NCBI GenBank assembly: GCA_951406725.2
Contig: OX597822.1
Location: 10,230,001 to 10,294,000 of the forward strand
Length of the DNA: 64,000 bases
Reading direction: 5' to 3'
Source: Octopus vulgaris
Lineage: Eukaryota
Below, piece by piece: positions 12,707-25,187 of the stretch; within the stretch, counting starts at the first letter, position 1, and each line of letters starts with the position of its first letter. Under the pieces are notes generated by a model. That model had not been told where the DNA came from and ran no database searches. It saw nothing but the letters and a program-made list of their open reading frames with translations. Made by a program: the position numbers and the translations under genes.

Positions 12707-12732
12707 GGTGGGAGCAGCAGCAGCAACAGCAA

Positions 12733-12771
<39 letters not shown>

Positions 12772-12805
12772 CAGCAGCAGTAGTAGTAATAGTTGTTGTT
12801 GTAGT
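12416..12805. repeat. (ATT)n followed by (AGT)n/(AGC)n microsatellite
   Basis: Directly visible. Confidence 0.97.
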
Positions 12806-13275
12806 ATAATGATCACGGATTGAGTAGGAAAACAAAATAAAATATGTGAAGAGGATATTTCACCAATTTGGTATTTCACAACAGTCAGCGAACACTCGCT
12901 ACCCACTGAAATATACGTATCAGGTTGACGATGAAATATCTTACATACTTCTGTAGTTATTAAGTGTTACATATTCCTGATGTGGATTACATTTGCTTCA
13001 CGGATATACATTCTGTTCTACTTCATATATGTTAGTTAATGTGTCATTTAGAATTAGCTATCAGTGCTGAGACTAGGCTTACATATATACGTTTCATAAT
13101 TCGTTGTGGTTTACGTAAGGTTAAGCCATTGCCAGAGATGGATCTCACACTGCGTAAGACTCCTACATATTATATGCTATATCTATCTCTCTCTTTCTTT
13201 CTCTCTCTCTCTATATGTCTATATATAGTTTATAGATGGGATATATATACATACATACATACATATATATATATC

Positions 13276-13356
13276 TTTATTGCCCACAAGGGGCTAAACT
13301 TAGAGGGGACAAACAAAGAAAGACAAAGGGATTAAGTCAACTACATCGACCCCATC
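13276..13356 (-). mobile_element. SINE A tail fragment
   Basis: Reverse complement of gtccttgtttgtcccctctgtgtttagccccttgtgggtaataaa at 28307-28352. Confidence 0.7.
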
Positions 13357-13420
13357 TGTATATATATATATATATACACATGCACATATATTTAAGAAAA
13401 TGGAGATTGGGAAGTTAATA

Positions 13421-13486
<66 letters not shown>

Positions 13487-13707
13487 CCTTTTATTCTTTT
13501 ACTTCTTTCAGTCATTTGACTTCGGCTATGCTGGTGCACCTCCTTTTGTGGAACAAATCGGCCCCAGGATTTATTATTTGTAAGCTTAGTACTTATTCTA
13601 TCGGTATCTTTTGCCGAACCGCTAAGTTAACGGAACGTAAACACACTATCGTCGGTTGTCAGACGATGGTGGAGGGACAAAAACAGACACATACACAAAT
13701 GTATAAA

Positions 13708-13755
<48 letters not shown>

Positions 13756-13852
13756 TTTTAATATTTGTGTATATATATATATACGATAGGCTTCTTTCAG
13801 TTTCCGTCTAACCAATATGCTGAGTAGGCTTTGGTTGGACCGAGACTATACT
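13487..13852 (-). mobile_element. SINE family B, 3' portion
   Basis: Reverse complement of the B body (ggcttctttcagtttccgtcta) and tail. Confidence 0.85.
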
Positions 13853-13886
13853 ACAGGAACAAACAAATACAAACATTTACATATAT

Positions 13887-13993
<107 letters not shown>

Positions 13994-14056
13994 GTTAATC
14001 CAAACATGAAAACACAAAGAGAAAACAGAACAACGCGAGGACGTGGAACAAATATA

Positions 14057-14196
14057 TTAGGTTGTCCCAAAAGTTCGTAAACACTTGCGAACATTGAATT
14101 TTTACTCGCCAAGTACTAACAAAAGCAACAAAAATTATTCCTCAAAATAAAGACCATTATTTTCCAAGACTTTCTACGAACTTTTAGGACAACCTT
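14057..14196. mobile_element. Mariner-type MITE
   Basis: TIRs ttaggttgtcccaaaagttcgta / tacgaacttttaggacaacct with TA on both sides. The TIR resembles the mariner at 61682. Confidence 0.85.
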
Positions 14197-14200
14197 TAGT

Positions 14201-14528
14201 CAGTTAGTTAGTTAGTTAATTTGGCTCAAACGCAAATATCAAGGCCATGTAGGGGGACATGGAGTTAAGTACAGGGTGGTGTTCATGTAAAGAGTTCAGG
14301 CCACTTGAGGTCAAGGGTGGCTTTGAACAAAGCGGTCGTCGGCATCTTCACCATCTCGTCTGGCAGCTTGTTCCACGGATCCGCAACCCGGACGGAGAAA
14401 GCTCCTCTCCTTCGATTGAGATGAAATCGTCGCAGGTAGAGCTTTTCGGAATGACCCCGCAGCCGACGCTCTGGAGCAGGAGTGAAGAACAGCTCTTTCG
14501 AGAGGTTACACTTTCCGCTTATGAGGTT
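14201..14528 (-). mobile_element. CR1-type LINE 3' end with (TAAC)n tail
   Basis: Minus-strand translation LRGHSEKLYLRRFHLNRRRGAFSVRVADPWNKLPDEMV...FKATLD is a CR1 ORF2 C-terminal signature. Confidence 0.85.
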
Positions 14529-14568
14529 GAGTATTATTGGACGCTGAGGAAGGAAGGGAAGAAGGAGG

Positions 14569-14603
14569 GTTTAACGTTTTGAGCGGAGCTCTTCGTTAGA
14601 AAC
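14569..14603 (-). ncRNA. Degenerate minimal type I hammerhead ribozyme motif
   Basis: GTTT-CTAACGA-A-GAGC-TCC-GCTC-AAAAC-GTT-AAAC, with two core substitutions relative to CUGANGA/GAAA. Confidence 0.55.
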
Positions 14604-14679
14604 ATAGGAAAAGGAAAGATCCAAAGAAGGGAAGACGGAGGAAAAAATCGCCAACGGTACACACGTGGTCACATTTTGA

Positions 14680-14713
<34 letters not shown>

Positions 14714-14828
14714 ATACATACATACATATATACATACATTCATATACATATTCATATACATTCATATATATATATGCAATATATTGTAAATGAAAGACGG
14801 AATATTGAAGATACGAGAATTTTTATTA

Positions 14829-14918
14829 ATCATGACAATTGTTTCGTCATATCTAACATGGATCCCTCACAACTGGTTTAGGAGCATCCAACGGTGCAGA
14901 TGTGTCTCTTCGGGTGAT
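14829..14918 (-). ncRNA. Degenerate hammerhead motif of a second family (long stem II)
   Basis: ATCAC-CCGAAGA-GACACATCT...AGATATGAC-GAAACAATTGTC-ATGAT: palindromic stem III, GUC site and 4/5 stem I pairs. Confidence 0.5.
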
Positions 14919-15019
14919 GAATAAATATAACTCGTTAAAATAACAGTCCCGCAATGTATCTTTTCATTTCGTGTGACTTCCAGATGACTTCGGAACCTCC
15001 TGCAACCTTTCTGGGCGGT

Positions 15020-15350
15020 CTCCTTAATCCATAATCCTTGCCTTCAGTTCATCTTTGGTGTAACAAGTAGTTTTGCTGATCTTTCACGTAACTGCGCCTT
15101 GCACATAATAATCAAGGGGGTTGCAGTCTGATGAGTTAGGGGTATAGATGTTAGGGGTGATGTAGTCGCAAAAATTGTCTGACATCCACGACTGGGTTCT
15201 CCTGCTTGTGTGGCATGGTCAGAGCCCTGTTGCCAGACATAGGGTCTTCCAGCAGCCACCCTCTTGATATAGGGCAGCATTACCTCCTCTAGGCACTTGA
15301 TGTAGGCCTCTGCGTTGAGTCTGAAGCCGTGTGAGAAGATGAATGGAGGT
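15020..15350 (-). mobile_element. Tc1/mariner-superfamily DDD-type (maT-like) transposase fragment
   Basis: Minus strand gives PPFIFSHGFRLNAEAYIKCLEEVMLPYIKRVAAGRPYVWQQ and, after a frameshift, SDCNPLDY. Confidence 0.8.
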
Positions 15351-15611
15351 TTGAAGACAACTCCCTATATTCCTTTCCTCTGCCAGTTCCTGTCATGCCT
15401 CCAAATACAAATAGAAAAAAAGACAAAAAATAAATAAAGAATAATGTCGAAATCGACTTTGCCTTTCATTGTTTCGGGGTCGGGTCCAGTTTATTTGAGA
15501 GGAACATAATCGAGTAACGGTCACAAATTGTGTGGTCATCTATTTAATTCAGAAATCATTATTGATGGTCACGGATGACCAGGTTCAGATTACTTGCCAA
15601 AGTTAGTTTAA

Positions 15612-15861
15612 TTCTTTTATTCATTTATTCTTTTACTTAATTCATCCATTCGACTGTGGCCATGCTGTAGCATCGCTTTGAAGGGTTTTAGTTGAACAAA
15701 TCAACCCAAGGACTTATATTTTAAGCCTCATACTTACTCTATCGAAACTTTTTGCTGAACAGCTAAGTTGCACGGATGTAAACACACCAACATTAGTTGC
15801 CAAATGGAGATACAGGGACACACACTCATATATACATATACATACATACATACATGAATAC

Positions 15862-15912
<51 letters not shown>

Positions 15913-16072
15913 TATACATACATATAGACACATATATATGACGGGCTTCTTTCAGTTTCCGTTAACCAAATCCACTCACAAGGTTTTGGTCAGCCCAACC
16001 TATAATAGGAGACACCTGACCAAGGTGCCTCGCTGTGGGACTGAACCCCGGAACCATGTGGTTGGGAAGCAA
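15612..16072 (-). mobile_element. SINE family B
   Basis: Reverse complement of the B head, body and tail. Confidence 0.85.
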
Positions 16073-16198
16073 GTGTCTTGCCCAAAGATACAACGCATCG
16101 CAGGGAATTGAACTCACAATTATGCGATCGTGAGCCGAATACCCTAGCCACGAGCCTTCACTCTACTTTTTATATTGTTATTATAAAACAAGGAAAAA

Positions 16199-16597
16199 GG
16201 CGGTGAGCTGGCAGAAACGTTAGCACGCCGGGCGAAATGCTTAGCGGTATTACGCCTGCCGCTACATTCTGAGTTCAAAATCTGCTGAGGTCGACTTTGT
16301 CTTTCATCCTTTCGGGGTCGATTAAATAAGTACCAGTTACGCACTGGGGTCGATATAATCAACTTAATCTGTTTGTCTGTCCTTGTTTGTCCTCTCTGTG
16401 TTTAGCCCCTTGTGGGTAGTAAAGAAATAGTTATTTAGTCTGATGCTACATTCTGAGTTCAAATTCCGCCGGGATTGACTTTGCCTTTCATCCTTTCGGG
16501 GTCGATAAACAAAGTATCAGATATGCACTTGGATTGATGTAATCGACTGGACCCCCTCCCCACAAAAAATCCAGGCCTTGTGCTTATAATAGAAAGA
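16199..16597 (+). mobile_element. SINE family A, dimeric form, with TSD
   Basis: Head ggcggtgagctggcagaaacgttag. A second partial monomer starts near 16430. TSD attataaaacaa(g/a)gaaa at 16180-16196 and 16598-16614. Confidence 0.9.
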
Positions 16598-17999
16598 ATT
16601 ATAAAACAAAGAAACACGTTAATTCTTTCTGTTTTAGAGCAGTTAGAATGATTATCTTACAATATATTCTATGAATATTTTTGTCCGAGATATCAGCATC
16701 TGCAGTCTTGGTCTTTATGTAATTTTTAGATGATTTATATGCCTCGGAGATACACTCCTGGTAAATAGGTCTGGAAGTTAAATTTCAAGAAAAATTTCTA
16801 CTTCAAATGTCGTAAAGATAAATAAGTCTGGACGACGTTCGTATATTTTTGCAAAGGCATTAAAAAGTTCAAACGTCTATAACTGCCTCAAACTTCCTGG
16901 AGAAAAACGGGCGTTACTTAATATCAATTCTTGCTGCAAGTGGTTTTGTACGAGGGTAAGAATTCCTTTCAAAGCACGAAGAAATTATTGGAAATTTATA
17001 ACAAATAATTGTTGTTACAACGGAGAAAGAGCAGAATCGAAGGAAATTAGTCATGTTTGCGTCAGTAAACGATAATTGCAAAGAGTTTAAGCAATCGAAT
17101 ATATTTTATGCTGTAAAGAAGGAGCATAGAGTTTAGCTCAAACTCCTTCTTCAGATCAAAATGTGTTTTCTATTTATTCAGCCCTAATGGGAAATATTTT
17201 ATCTCCCTCTACGACATGGGATTCCATTAGATGTTGGACTTCTTTTCTTCCACACTGAAAACTAAAATTGTGGATTTTTTCTTATAAAATGAAATTCAGA
17301 ATGTACCAATATATGATTGATATTTGGTAAGATTTAGTGAAACTTATTTCGTTTATTCATATGATAATTAAACTGATTGAGTTTATCTAAGTAACCATTA
17401 AAAAGTTTTGCAAACGTCTCATGTCTCTTACAAAAGTTAACATGTTGAAAACCTTGAAACACTTTCACTCCAAGATATATGCTTAAATTTTGTAGAATTT
17501 TACCTCTTAACAAACTACTGCAGAATTACACAAAGAGACTATTGCTAACACAGCTAAACTTTATCATAATTATAATACCTGTTTGCAGTTCGTCGGATAA
17601 GGCTGTTTAGATGTCTTGTTTAGAGACACAACACAACAGCGGTGGATCGACAAGAATCACAGACCAGTAAACCCGAAAAAATCCCTGTTCAACAAGTTAA
17701 ACGTCATTACATCGACTTGACCAGCTAACATTCAATCGTTATCATGTAACGAAGTCATTTACAGAGAGATACAATCCACTGAGATGATTTGATTGGAGTT
17801 TCATATAATCCGGTTTTAATATGAAATGTTCGCTACTTAGATAACGTTTATACGGCTTGTCGTCGTTGCCGTAGTAGGAGAAGAATAACAAGGAAGAACA
17901 AAGGCATCATGAGTTGGATTATCTATATTAGATATGGGGTCAACAAACGTGTAGTTTAAGAATGATCGTCGTTTCTAATGTGTGTATTATTATATAAAG

Positions 18000-18370
18000 T
18001 GTGAATAACAGAATCGTTAGTGCACGGGTATTCAGTTTCGATTCTATACCTTTTGAGTTCAAATCCTACACAGACAAAACTTTACCTTTTATCCTCACAC
18101 GTTCAATTAAGCACAAGTCAAATACTGGGGTTGATTTAAGCGACACACAGCACACCCAAATATGTGGGCTTCATGGCTACGTTAGTAATTGTTATCATAT
18201 ATAGTCTCAAGTAGATTTTAGAGTCACCAAGGTGATGAGAGAAGTTCCCTGTGGTATTTAATTACGTCTGTTTCGATTCTGCGTTCAAATTCTGCAAAGG
18301 TCAACTTCGCCTTTTGATTTCCGATATGGATAAAATAAAATAACACTCAAGCACTGAGTTAAGTCAATTC
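18000..18370 (+). mobile_element. Two highly diverged SINE A remnants
   Basis: cagaatcgttagtgc...gagttcaaatcc and gcgttcaaattctgcaaaggtcaacttcgcc. Confidence 0.55.
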
Positions 18371-18393
18371 CTTTTCTGTGTCCAGGAAAAATG

Positions 18394-18443
<50 letters not shown>

Positions 18444-18556
18444 GTGTGTGTGTGCGTGTGTGTGTGCATGATTAGGAGTATCAGAAAGTTCATTAATACA
18501 GAGAAAGAAGAGGATGATAACTAAATTCTGAGGTATAACAGAGTTGATAAAATATT

Positions 18557-18694
18557 CTTTTCGTTTCTACTCTAGGCACCAGGCCCGAAATTTACGGGGA
18601 AGGAGTCAGTCGATTACATCGATCCAAGTACGCAACTGGTACTTAATTTATCGACCCCCCAAAGTATGAAAGACAAATTCGACCTCGGTGGGAT
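18557..18694 (-). mobile_element. 5'-truncated SINE A with a perfect 17-bp TSD
   Basis: agagttgataaaatatt at 18540-18556 and 18695-18711. Confidence 0.88.
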
Positions 18695-18932
18695 AGAGTT
18701 GATAAAATATTGACAACAGAAAATTCTGCTATTGAGGTTATAATTGCGGGATCATTTTTTAAAATACTGAATTTGTTTTCGTTGTGTCTTGTGTCCGTTT
18801 GTAATGTGTTCCATGTTGAGAGATCTATCATCGTGGTTTATTCCTTGTTCTATTTTTGTTTGTTATTTGTTTCCATCATGATATAATTTTTAATGCTTCA
18901 TTGTGATTTTTCGTATGACTTTGGCCATAAAA

Positions 18933-19110
18933 AGGCGATGAGTCCGCAGAATCGTAAGCACACCGGAAAAAATAGCGGCATTTCGTTCTGAGTTCGATTT
19001 TACATTTCATCCTTTGAAGGTCGATAAAAGGAGTAGCGACTGGGGTCAATGTAATCAACTTACCCCTCCTCTGAAGCTGCTGGTCTCGTGCGAAAATGTG
19101 AAACTTTGAA
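18933..19110 (+). mobile_element. Diverged SINE A
   Basis: ggcgatgagtccgcagaatcgtaagcacaccgg...ttctgagttcga...ctggggtcaatgtaatc. Confidence 0.7.
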
Positions 19111-19737
19111 AATTTGGCTGTGAGAGTGTATATTTTAAAGTTAGCTAGTATGTTGAAATTCATCCATTTTAAATCAGTTATATTTTCTTCAAATTATATA
19201 ACAGAATATTGTGATGGCTTCACTTTTCTTGTATAATGTGACTGTAAAATATGCATGATAAATAGAAACATATTCCTCTCCAAGAGATTTAAGTAACAGC
19301 TTTTTTTTTCTAGGGGAGTAAAGTTCCCTGCGCTCCATTTTCGCACATATATTCCTTAGACAGAAAATACGCATATACCTTTTAATAATGGTATCACCGA
19401 TAAAATTCTTATTTGTATTCCTTAAATATTTTCACATGGACGAACAAAATATGACTGGTAATTGTATGACGTGTCAGTATTTTCATGAGGTACCCAATCG
19501 CAACCTACTTCGAATGTTTGTAATACATTAATTATATGACGTAAAAATCAATAAATTTTGCATATAAATTATTGCAGCTGTTCAACAATGTGCCTATCGT
19601 TAAATATATTAAGTTTTTATTCGATTTATTTGTTGCCTTTTGTTGTGATAATGGTTATCACTACGCCGTCTTCTATCAGTATTCTCATTACTAAATCTCA
19701 TCGATTTATTATTGTTATTATATTATTATTATTATTA

Positions 19738-19786
<49 letters not shown>

Positions 19787-19789
19787 CAT

Positions 19790-20820
19790 TAAATTTTCTT
19801 CCTTCAATTTTGTTTCCATTTCTTGCTGGGTGTCTCCCCGATACCCAACCAAGAAACTCAGTATTGATAGGCCATTAAAATAAACACACCAGGTAGTCCA
19901 TTTACAAAATTGAAGAAAGCTACGTAGAAAAAATTTCCAGTTTATTAGCTCTGATGGCTCTGCCTGTATGTACAGGAGATTCTCAAAGAATCGTTACATT
20001 TTATCCCTCAATTACACCCTCAGGATGGTACTTGTACCACTTGCCAACCATTTTAATTTTATACCCAACATATTAAACAGTGAAGATATTGGCCAATTCT
20101 GTCATGTCTTGATTTATGCTCCACTGCCGCTAAAACTTACATGCAGGGATTAAGTCATCTACTGTAACAATCTCATCATTGCAGAATCGGCACTTTGGAT
20201 ATTTCATCATTTGGTTCGGTAGTCCCTGGACAATAAACTTTGATATTGAGCAGCTAAGATAAAGCATTCGCTCTCTGCACCCCCGTGCTTCATAGTAACT
20301 GATGGGTGTGCTTCTGGTCAGCGTCAGCTTGTTTGCTACGGGCCATATACTTTCCACGGGGAGATTTCTTCTCTCACCTACCAGCCAATTGTTCATGTGC
20401 GTTTTTTTTTTACATTAATTTTCCTCTCTTAGCCACATATCCCTCAGTCTATTCAGCCTTGGTATCATTCATTCACTTATTATTATTCCATATACGCACA
20501 GCAGATTAGACTGTTGGAAAAACTTCCTGTCACAGGCTACAAGAACTAAATTCAGTTGCCAAAAACTTTCCTAAGTATTCTACGTTCCTAATAATATTGT
20601 TTTCTAGAGCTGCACTGAACTAGGTTTTATGCCTATGTCCACTGTCCATTTGTTCAAATGTTTAGGAATAGTTCTTTATGCATCTATAATTTCAGAGATC
20701 CATTTTACCCGCACTTTCCTTATCCTCTGTAACTCAATGGCTAGGTTCTGGTACTTGGCTTTTTTCTCTACAACTCTCATATTGACTTTTTCATAATTTG
20801 TGATTGTAAAGTTCAATATT
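19790..20820 (-). mobile_element. Old R4/Dong-like (RLE) LINE fragment ending in (AAT)n
   Basis: KCRFCNDEIVTVDDLIPAC zinc-knuckle-like motif, WYKYHPEGVIED and RKVLATEFSS parallel the 40101-42135 element. The (ATT)n at 19720-19790 is on its 3' side. Confidence 0.65.
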
Positions 20821-20825
20821 ATTAA

Positions 20826-21035
20826 GACGGCGGGCCAACAGAATCCTTAGCACACCATGAAAAAATGCCTAGTGTTATTTTGTCCGTCTTTACGTTCTGG
20901 GATCAAATGCCACCGGGACTGACTTTGTATTTCATCCTTTTGTGGTTGATAAAATAAATACCGGTTGAGCACCGGAGCCTATTTAATTGACTTAGCACCT
21001 CCCCCTTGCGCCAAAATTTGAAACCAATATTATTA
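20826..21035 (+). mobile_element. Diverged SINE A monomer
   Basis: gacggcgggccaacagaatccttagcac...tttcatccttt...aaaatttgaaaccaatatt. Confidence 0.7.
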
Positions 21036-21044
21036 TTTTTAGTA

Positions 21045-21080
<36 letters not shown>

Positions 21081-22222
21081 ATAGTGGTGGTGGAAGAAGC
21101 AGCAGGATTAATATTGCATTTATGTTAGGTTCGTTGTATTTTGTTATAAGCTGATACACTTAATTAGGTGAGAGGTTTGTAATATGGTGAACGTCCTACT
21201 GAATCTAATTTTTTTTAAAACATCAAGCTAGTTTCACTTTTCAAATGAAATAACCTCAAAGCTAATAAGTAGTCTGGTAAGTCATTACAAGTATCAACAT
21301 TTAATCTCATGGCTAGACTTTCGTTTCACCATAAGCTTTTAAAATGAAATACCATCCATCTCCGCCGCCAGACACATTCGTTTTATACATTTTATATTTC
21401 CCTGAAGATAAAAAAACGAAAGACAAATCTTCTTTCTTGTCGAGATAAAGTTATAGTAATATTATATCTAATTTCTTTTAATATCTTACTGATGGTTATC
21501 ACTTACAATTGTCAGATAGATATCACATTATTAATTGTCAAGCATAATTAATAATATGCGTTGAATGAAGTTGATTTTAACCTATTAAAAACAAAATAAG
21601 AAAGGAAGTTGAAAGTAGGCTGGTTTTCAAGCAATATCTGGTTATGATCTCTGATTACAATGTCTGACTTTTGAGCCAACATTTACCTAATCATTTACTA
21701 TGTTACAGTAATTATTTTACAAGTTGATTTATGCATTTAGAAAAAGACATAAACAAATACAGACCCTCACACACATGTATATGTATGTATTTATATTCAT
21801 ACATGTTTGTATACATACATATACGTATGTAATGTATATGCATATACAAACACACACATATATATATATATATACACAAATGTAAATTCTAACTTTATAT
21901 AAATAAATTTAGTACTTTTGTGCTTAGACTCTAGTAAATTTTGCACACTTTTTACATGCATTTATGTAAGCATATACGTGCACTTTTGTAAGGGTATACA
22001 CATATACGTACATACACACGTACATACATAGATATTAAAAGCCTGCTTCCGTATACGTACACACACATTTTCTATTTACCCCATGTTGAATCTTCTCTTT
22101 AAGGTTCATACTAAATGTTGTTCAGATGGGAAATGTCCCATTTCTATCGGCCTCTCTTTCCATATACATACGTACATACAAACACACAAGCACGCACATG
22201 CATGTATGTATGTATGTATGTA

Positions 22223-22290
<68 letters not shown>

Positions 22291-22746
22291 TGCGTGCGTG
22301 TGTGTGTGTGTGTGTGTAAGAACTACAAGAAAATAAATCTAAGTATTCACTGCCATGTATACGGACTAAAAAGACGTTAGGAAAATTTCTACCTACCGTA
22401 AACGATGAATATTTTTTAAAAATTTCTCTCGAAGACAGAGATGGAAAACGAAAAATTAGTGATAATGATTAGCAACTATGAATGTAAAGAGGAGATAATT
22501 TGAAGAAATTAAGAATGTCATAGTTGAATTAACATATCAAGAAAAAAATTATTGTATCTTAGTTACGGTGAGAGACAGCTATGCCTGGATTTCGAAGCCA
22601 ATTTTGTTTCCTCCACATTGTATAATCCTTATCAGCAAAAAGAGATAGGGAATATAACATATTTTGAAACAGTTTAGTTCAGAAGTCCCCATGTTTTATG
22701 CAGTACAGACCGTGGGATCATGCGCATAGCAAAACACAATAAAGTA

Positions 22747-23000
22747 TTGGGCTGGTGCATAATTATGGCGGCTTTTTTTCAACAAATTTTATTCAAGAAA
22801 AACAATAACAACATGTAACAAAAACATCTATAAATGATTATTCCGGAGCATATTCAGCATCTACTTCAATTACTGCTTCCCATTTGCTTGGCAGACGGTC
22901 AGACCATCATTTAAAGAAGTTTTTGTTAAAAATTGTTATTGTTTTTTGTTGAATATAATTTGTTGAAAAAAAAAACCTCAGTAATTATGCCCCAACCCAA
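22747..23000 (-). mobile_element. Mariner-derived MITE
   Basis: TIRs ttgggctggtgcataattat / taattatgccccaacccaa with TA TSDs. The interior retains the transposase C-terminus RLPSKWEAVIEVD.EY. A second copy is at 62991. Confidence 0.9.
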
Positions 23001-23011
23001 TACATAACATA

Positions 23012-23400
23012 CTCTTTTAATCTTCTCGTTTCAGCTGTGCGGTTGTGGTCATGCTGGAGCACCACCGTGTTCTTCCTCTGTCTGAATGTTTCACATTACC
23101 ATTCCTGTATGTGCCTTTGTCGCTCATTTGTGGCTCATTTGGTACATAAGGGCGTTTGATTCCACTACTCTGATCTGTTACTCATGTCGGGCTGTTGGTT
23201 CTTTCGGTATTGTGGAGAGGAGGATGTTTAGTTCCTTTTTGAAGATATCTACTTCCACCTTTGCAGCTTTCTTTTTTTTTTTTGGCAGGACATTGAAGAG
23301 CTATGGGCCGTTGAACCCTAGGCTATGCAGTATTTGGTCCTGAATGTAGACGAAGTGGATGGCACATTTGGTACATTACAATGGCGTCCAGTTCTGGCGT
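23012..23400 (-). mobile_element. CR1-group LINE 3' end
   Basis: LFNVLPK...VEVDIFKKELNILLSTIPKEPT matches the LINE at 26185. The 3' tail is ggtggtgctccagcatgacc...ctgaaac. Confidence 0.75.
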
Positions 23401-24182
23401 ATGTACGACACTCAATTACACATATATTACAAATATACTACGTATATATTACATATATAAAAGATATATAATTTAAAGCCACCACGCAGACTACTGTATT
23501 CAAATTCATTCTTTCTGTGCAGCCGGAAACCAAACGGTTCCAAACGGCTCAGTACTTCCGGCCCGTCGGCTGGTGATCCGTGGTTTAGTTCATCTTTGCT
23601 CAAGGATAATTTAAGTAATTTAAAATAAAAGAAGGTATGAATAAATAACTCAAACAAGCCAGTTACGTGGACTTAGATTACAAAAACGCCAAGGCGTAAA
23701 ACAAATACTATATAAGAGGTTCTTAATTTATCAAAATTTTGTAGAGTAAAATAAAGAAATCTTAAAGGCAATTTTTAGCAAATCTGAATGGAAAGGATAA
23801 ATTATTCGAAGAAATTAAGAATTAACATATTTGGTGGAAGAAAGACAATCTCATGCATACTTCAGAGAAGATAAAAATCTAAGGATGCACTTCGGTCTTG
23901 ATATGATCTTGTGACTATGCTACAGGTTTTATCGTTCTAAAAGGATGTGTAAAACCAAAATTATATATAAATGTTTGCTACACATTTATTTAATAGCATC
24001 ACATCGAATTTTTAAAAAGAAAAAAATTTTAATAGTCACTTAGAAGTTTCGACTCAGATGTCTTCGACAGTCTGATGGAGCCCACTTATTTCAAACTTCG
24101 ATGTCACTATCAAATGAAAACTTGCATGCGTATGTAAGCATGCATATATGAAAGCATGCATGCATTTATATACGTATGCATG

Positions 24183-24216
<34 letters not shown>

Positions 24217-24865
24217 AATATGTATATATGTATATATATATGTATACACATATATATATGTATATATGCATATATATATGTATATATATATATGTTTGTA
24301 TGTATATGCATATATATGTGGGGAGGAGGGTTGAGTAAGTGAAATCCTGGGTAAAGTTAAGTCTTGTTTTGCTCTTTCTGGAGTTTTTTTTTCTTTTCTC
24401 AATATATACATACATACATATGTGTGTGTGTGTGTGTGTGTGTGTAAGTGTGTCCGTATGTATGTGTGCGTGTGTGTGTGTGAGCGTGCGCGTATGCATG
24501 TATGTGTGTATATATAAGTATATAATATACATGTATATGTATATATGTATATATATGTGTATATGTATATATATGTAAATATGTATATATGTATATATAT
24601 ATGTATATATGCATATATATATGTATATATATATATATATGTATGTATGTATATGCATATATATGTGGGGAGGAGGGTTGAGTAAGTGAAATCCTGGGTG
24701 AAGTTATTTCGAAACGTAAACCGGAAGTTCTAATCAATTGATTCTCTAATAACATAATTTTCCGGTTTCATTAGAAAATTAAATTGATTAGAACTATCAG
24801 TGAAGTTATTCTATTCATTTTCAAATATATATGTATACATATATATATATATATATATGCATATA

Positions 24866-25168
24866 TCACGTGATCACGTGACCGACCAGACCATCAGATG
24901 TTTTACACATCGCTGGTCACAATGCGTTCGCATTGTTTTAGCCTTCGAATGACGCCACCCCGCTGGCTAAGCGAGCAGGCCAACAGAAGAAAGCGAGAGA
25001 GAAAGAGTGGTGAAAGAGTACAGCAGGGATCACCACCCCCTGCTAGAGCCTCGTGGAGCTTTTAGGTGTTTTCGCTCAATAAACACTCACAACGCCCGGT
25101 CTGGGAATCGAAACCGCGATCCTTCGACCGCGAGTCCGCTGCCCTAACCACTAGGCCATTGCGCCTCC
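24866..25168 (-). mobile_element. SINE family C (tRNA head), tail type 1
   Basis: Head GGCGCAATGGCCTAGTGGTTAGGGCAGCGGACTCGCGGTCGAAGGATCGCGGTTTCGATTCCC has A and B boxes. It ends in tcacgtgatcacgtga. A matching copy is at 50260. Confidence 0.9.
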
Positions 25169-25187
25169 CATTTATATATATATATTT

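Noticed and set aside
16800-17750. Possible hAT transposase remnant (IPVCSSSDK)
   Set aside because: Only a faint resemblance to the hAT dimerisation motif, with no TIRs or other motifs found.
23515-23585. CpG-rich patch with an ETS-like ACTTCCGG motif
   Set aside because: A short motif with no associated gene, so a promoter call is unsupported.
25095-25168. tRNA-like sequence (also near 50135-50211)
   Set aside because: It is a SINE head. The acceptor stem does not close and it continues into the SINE body.
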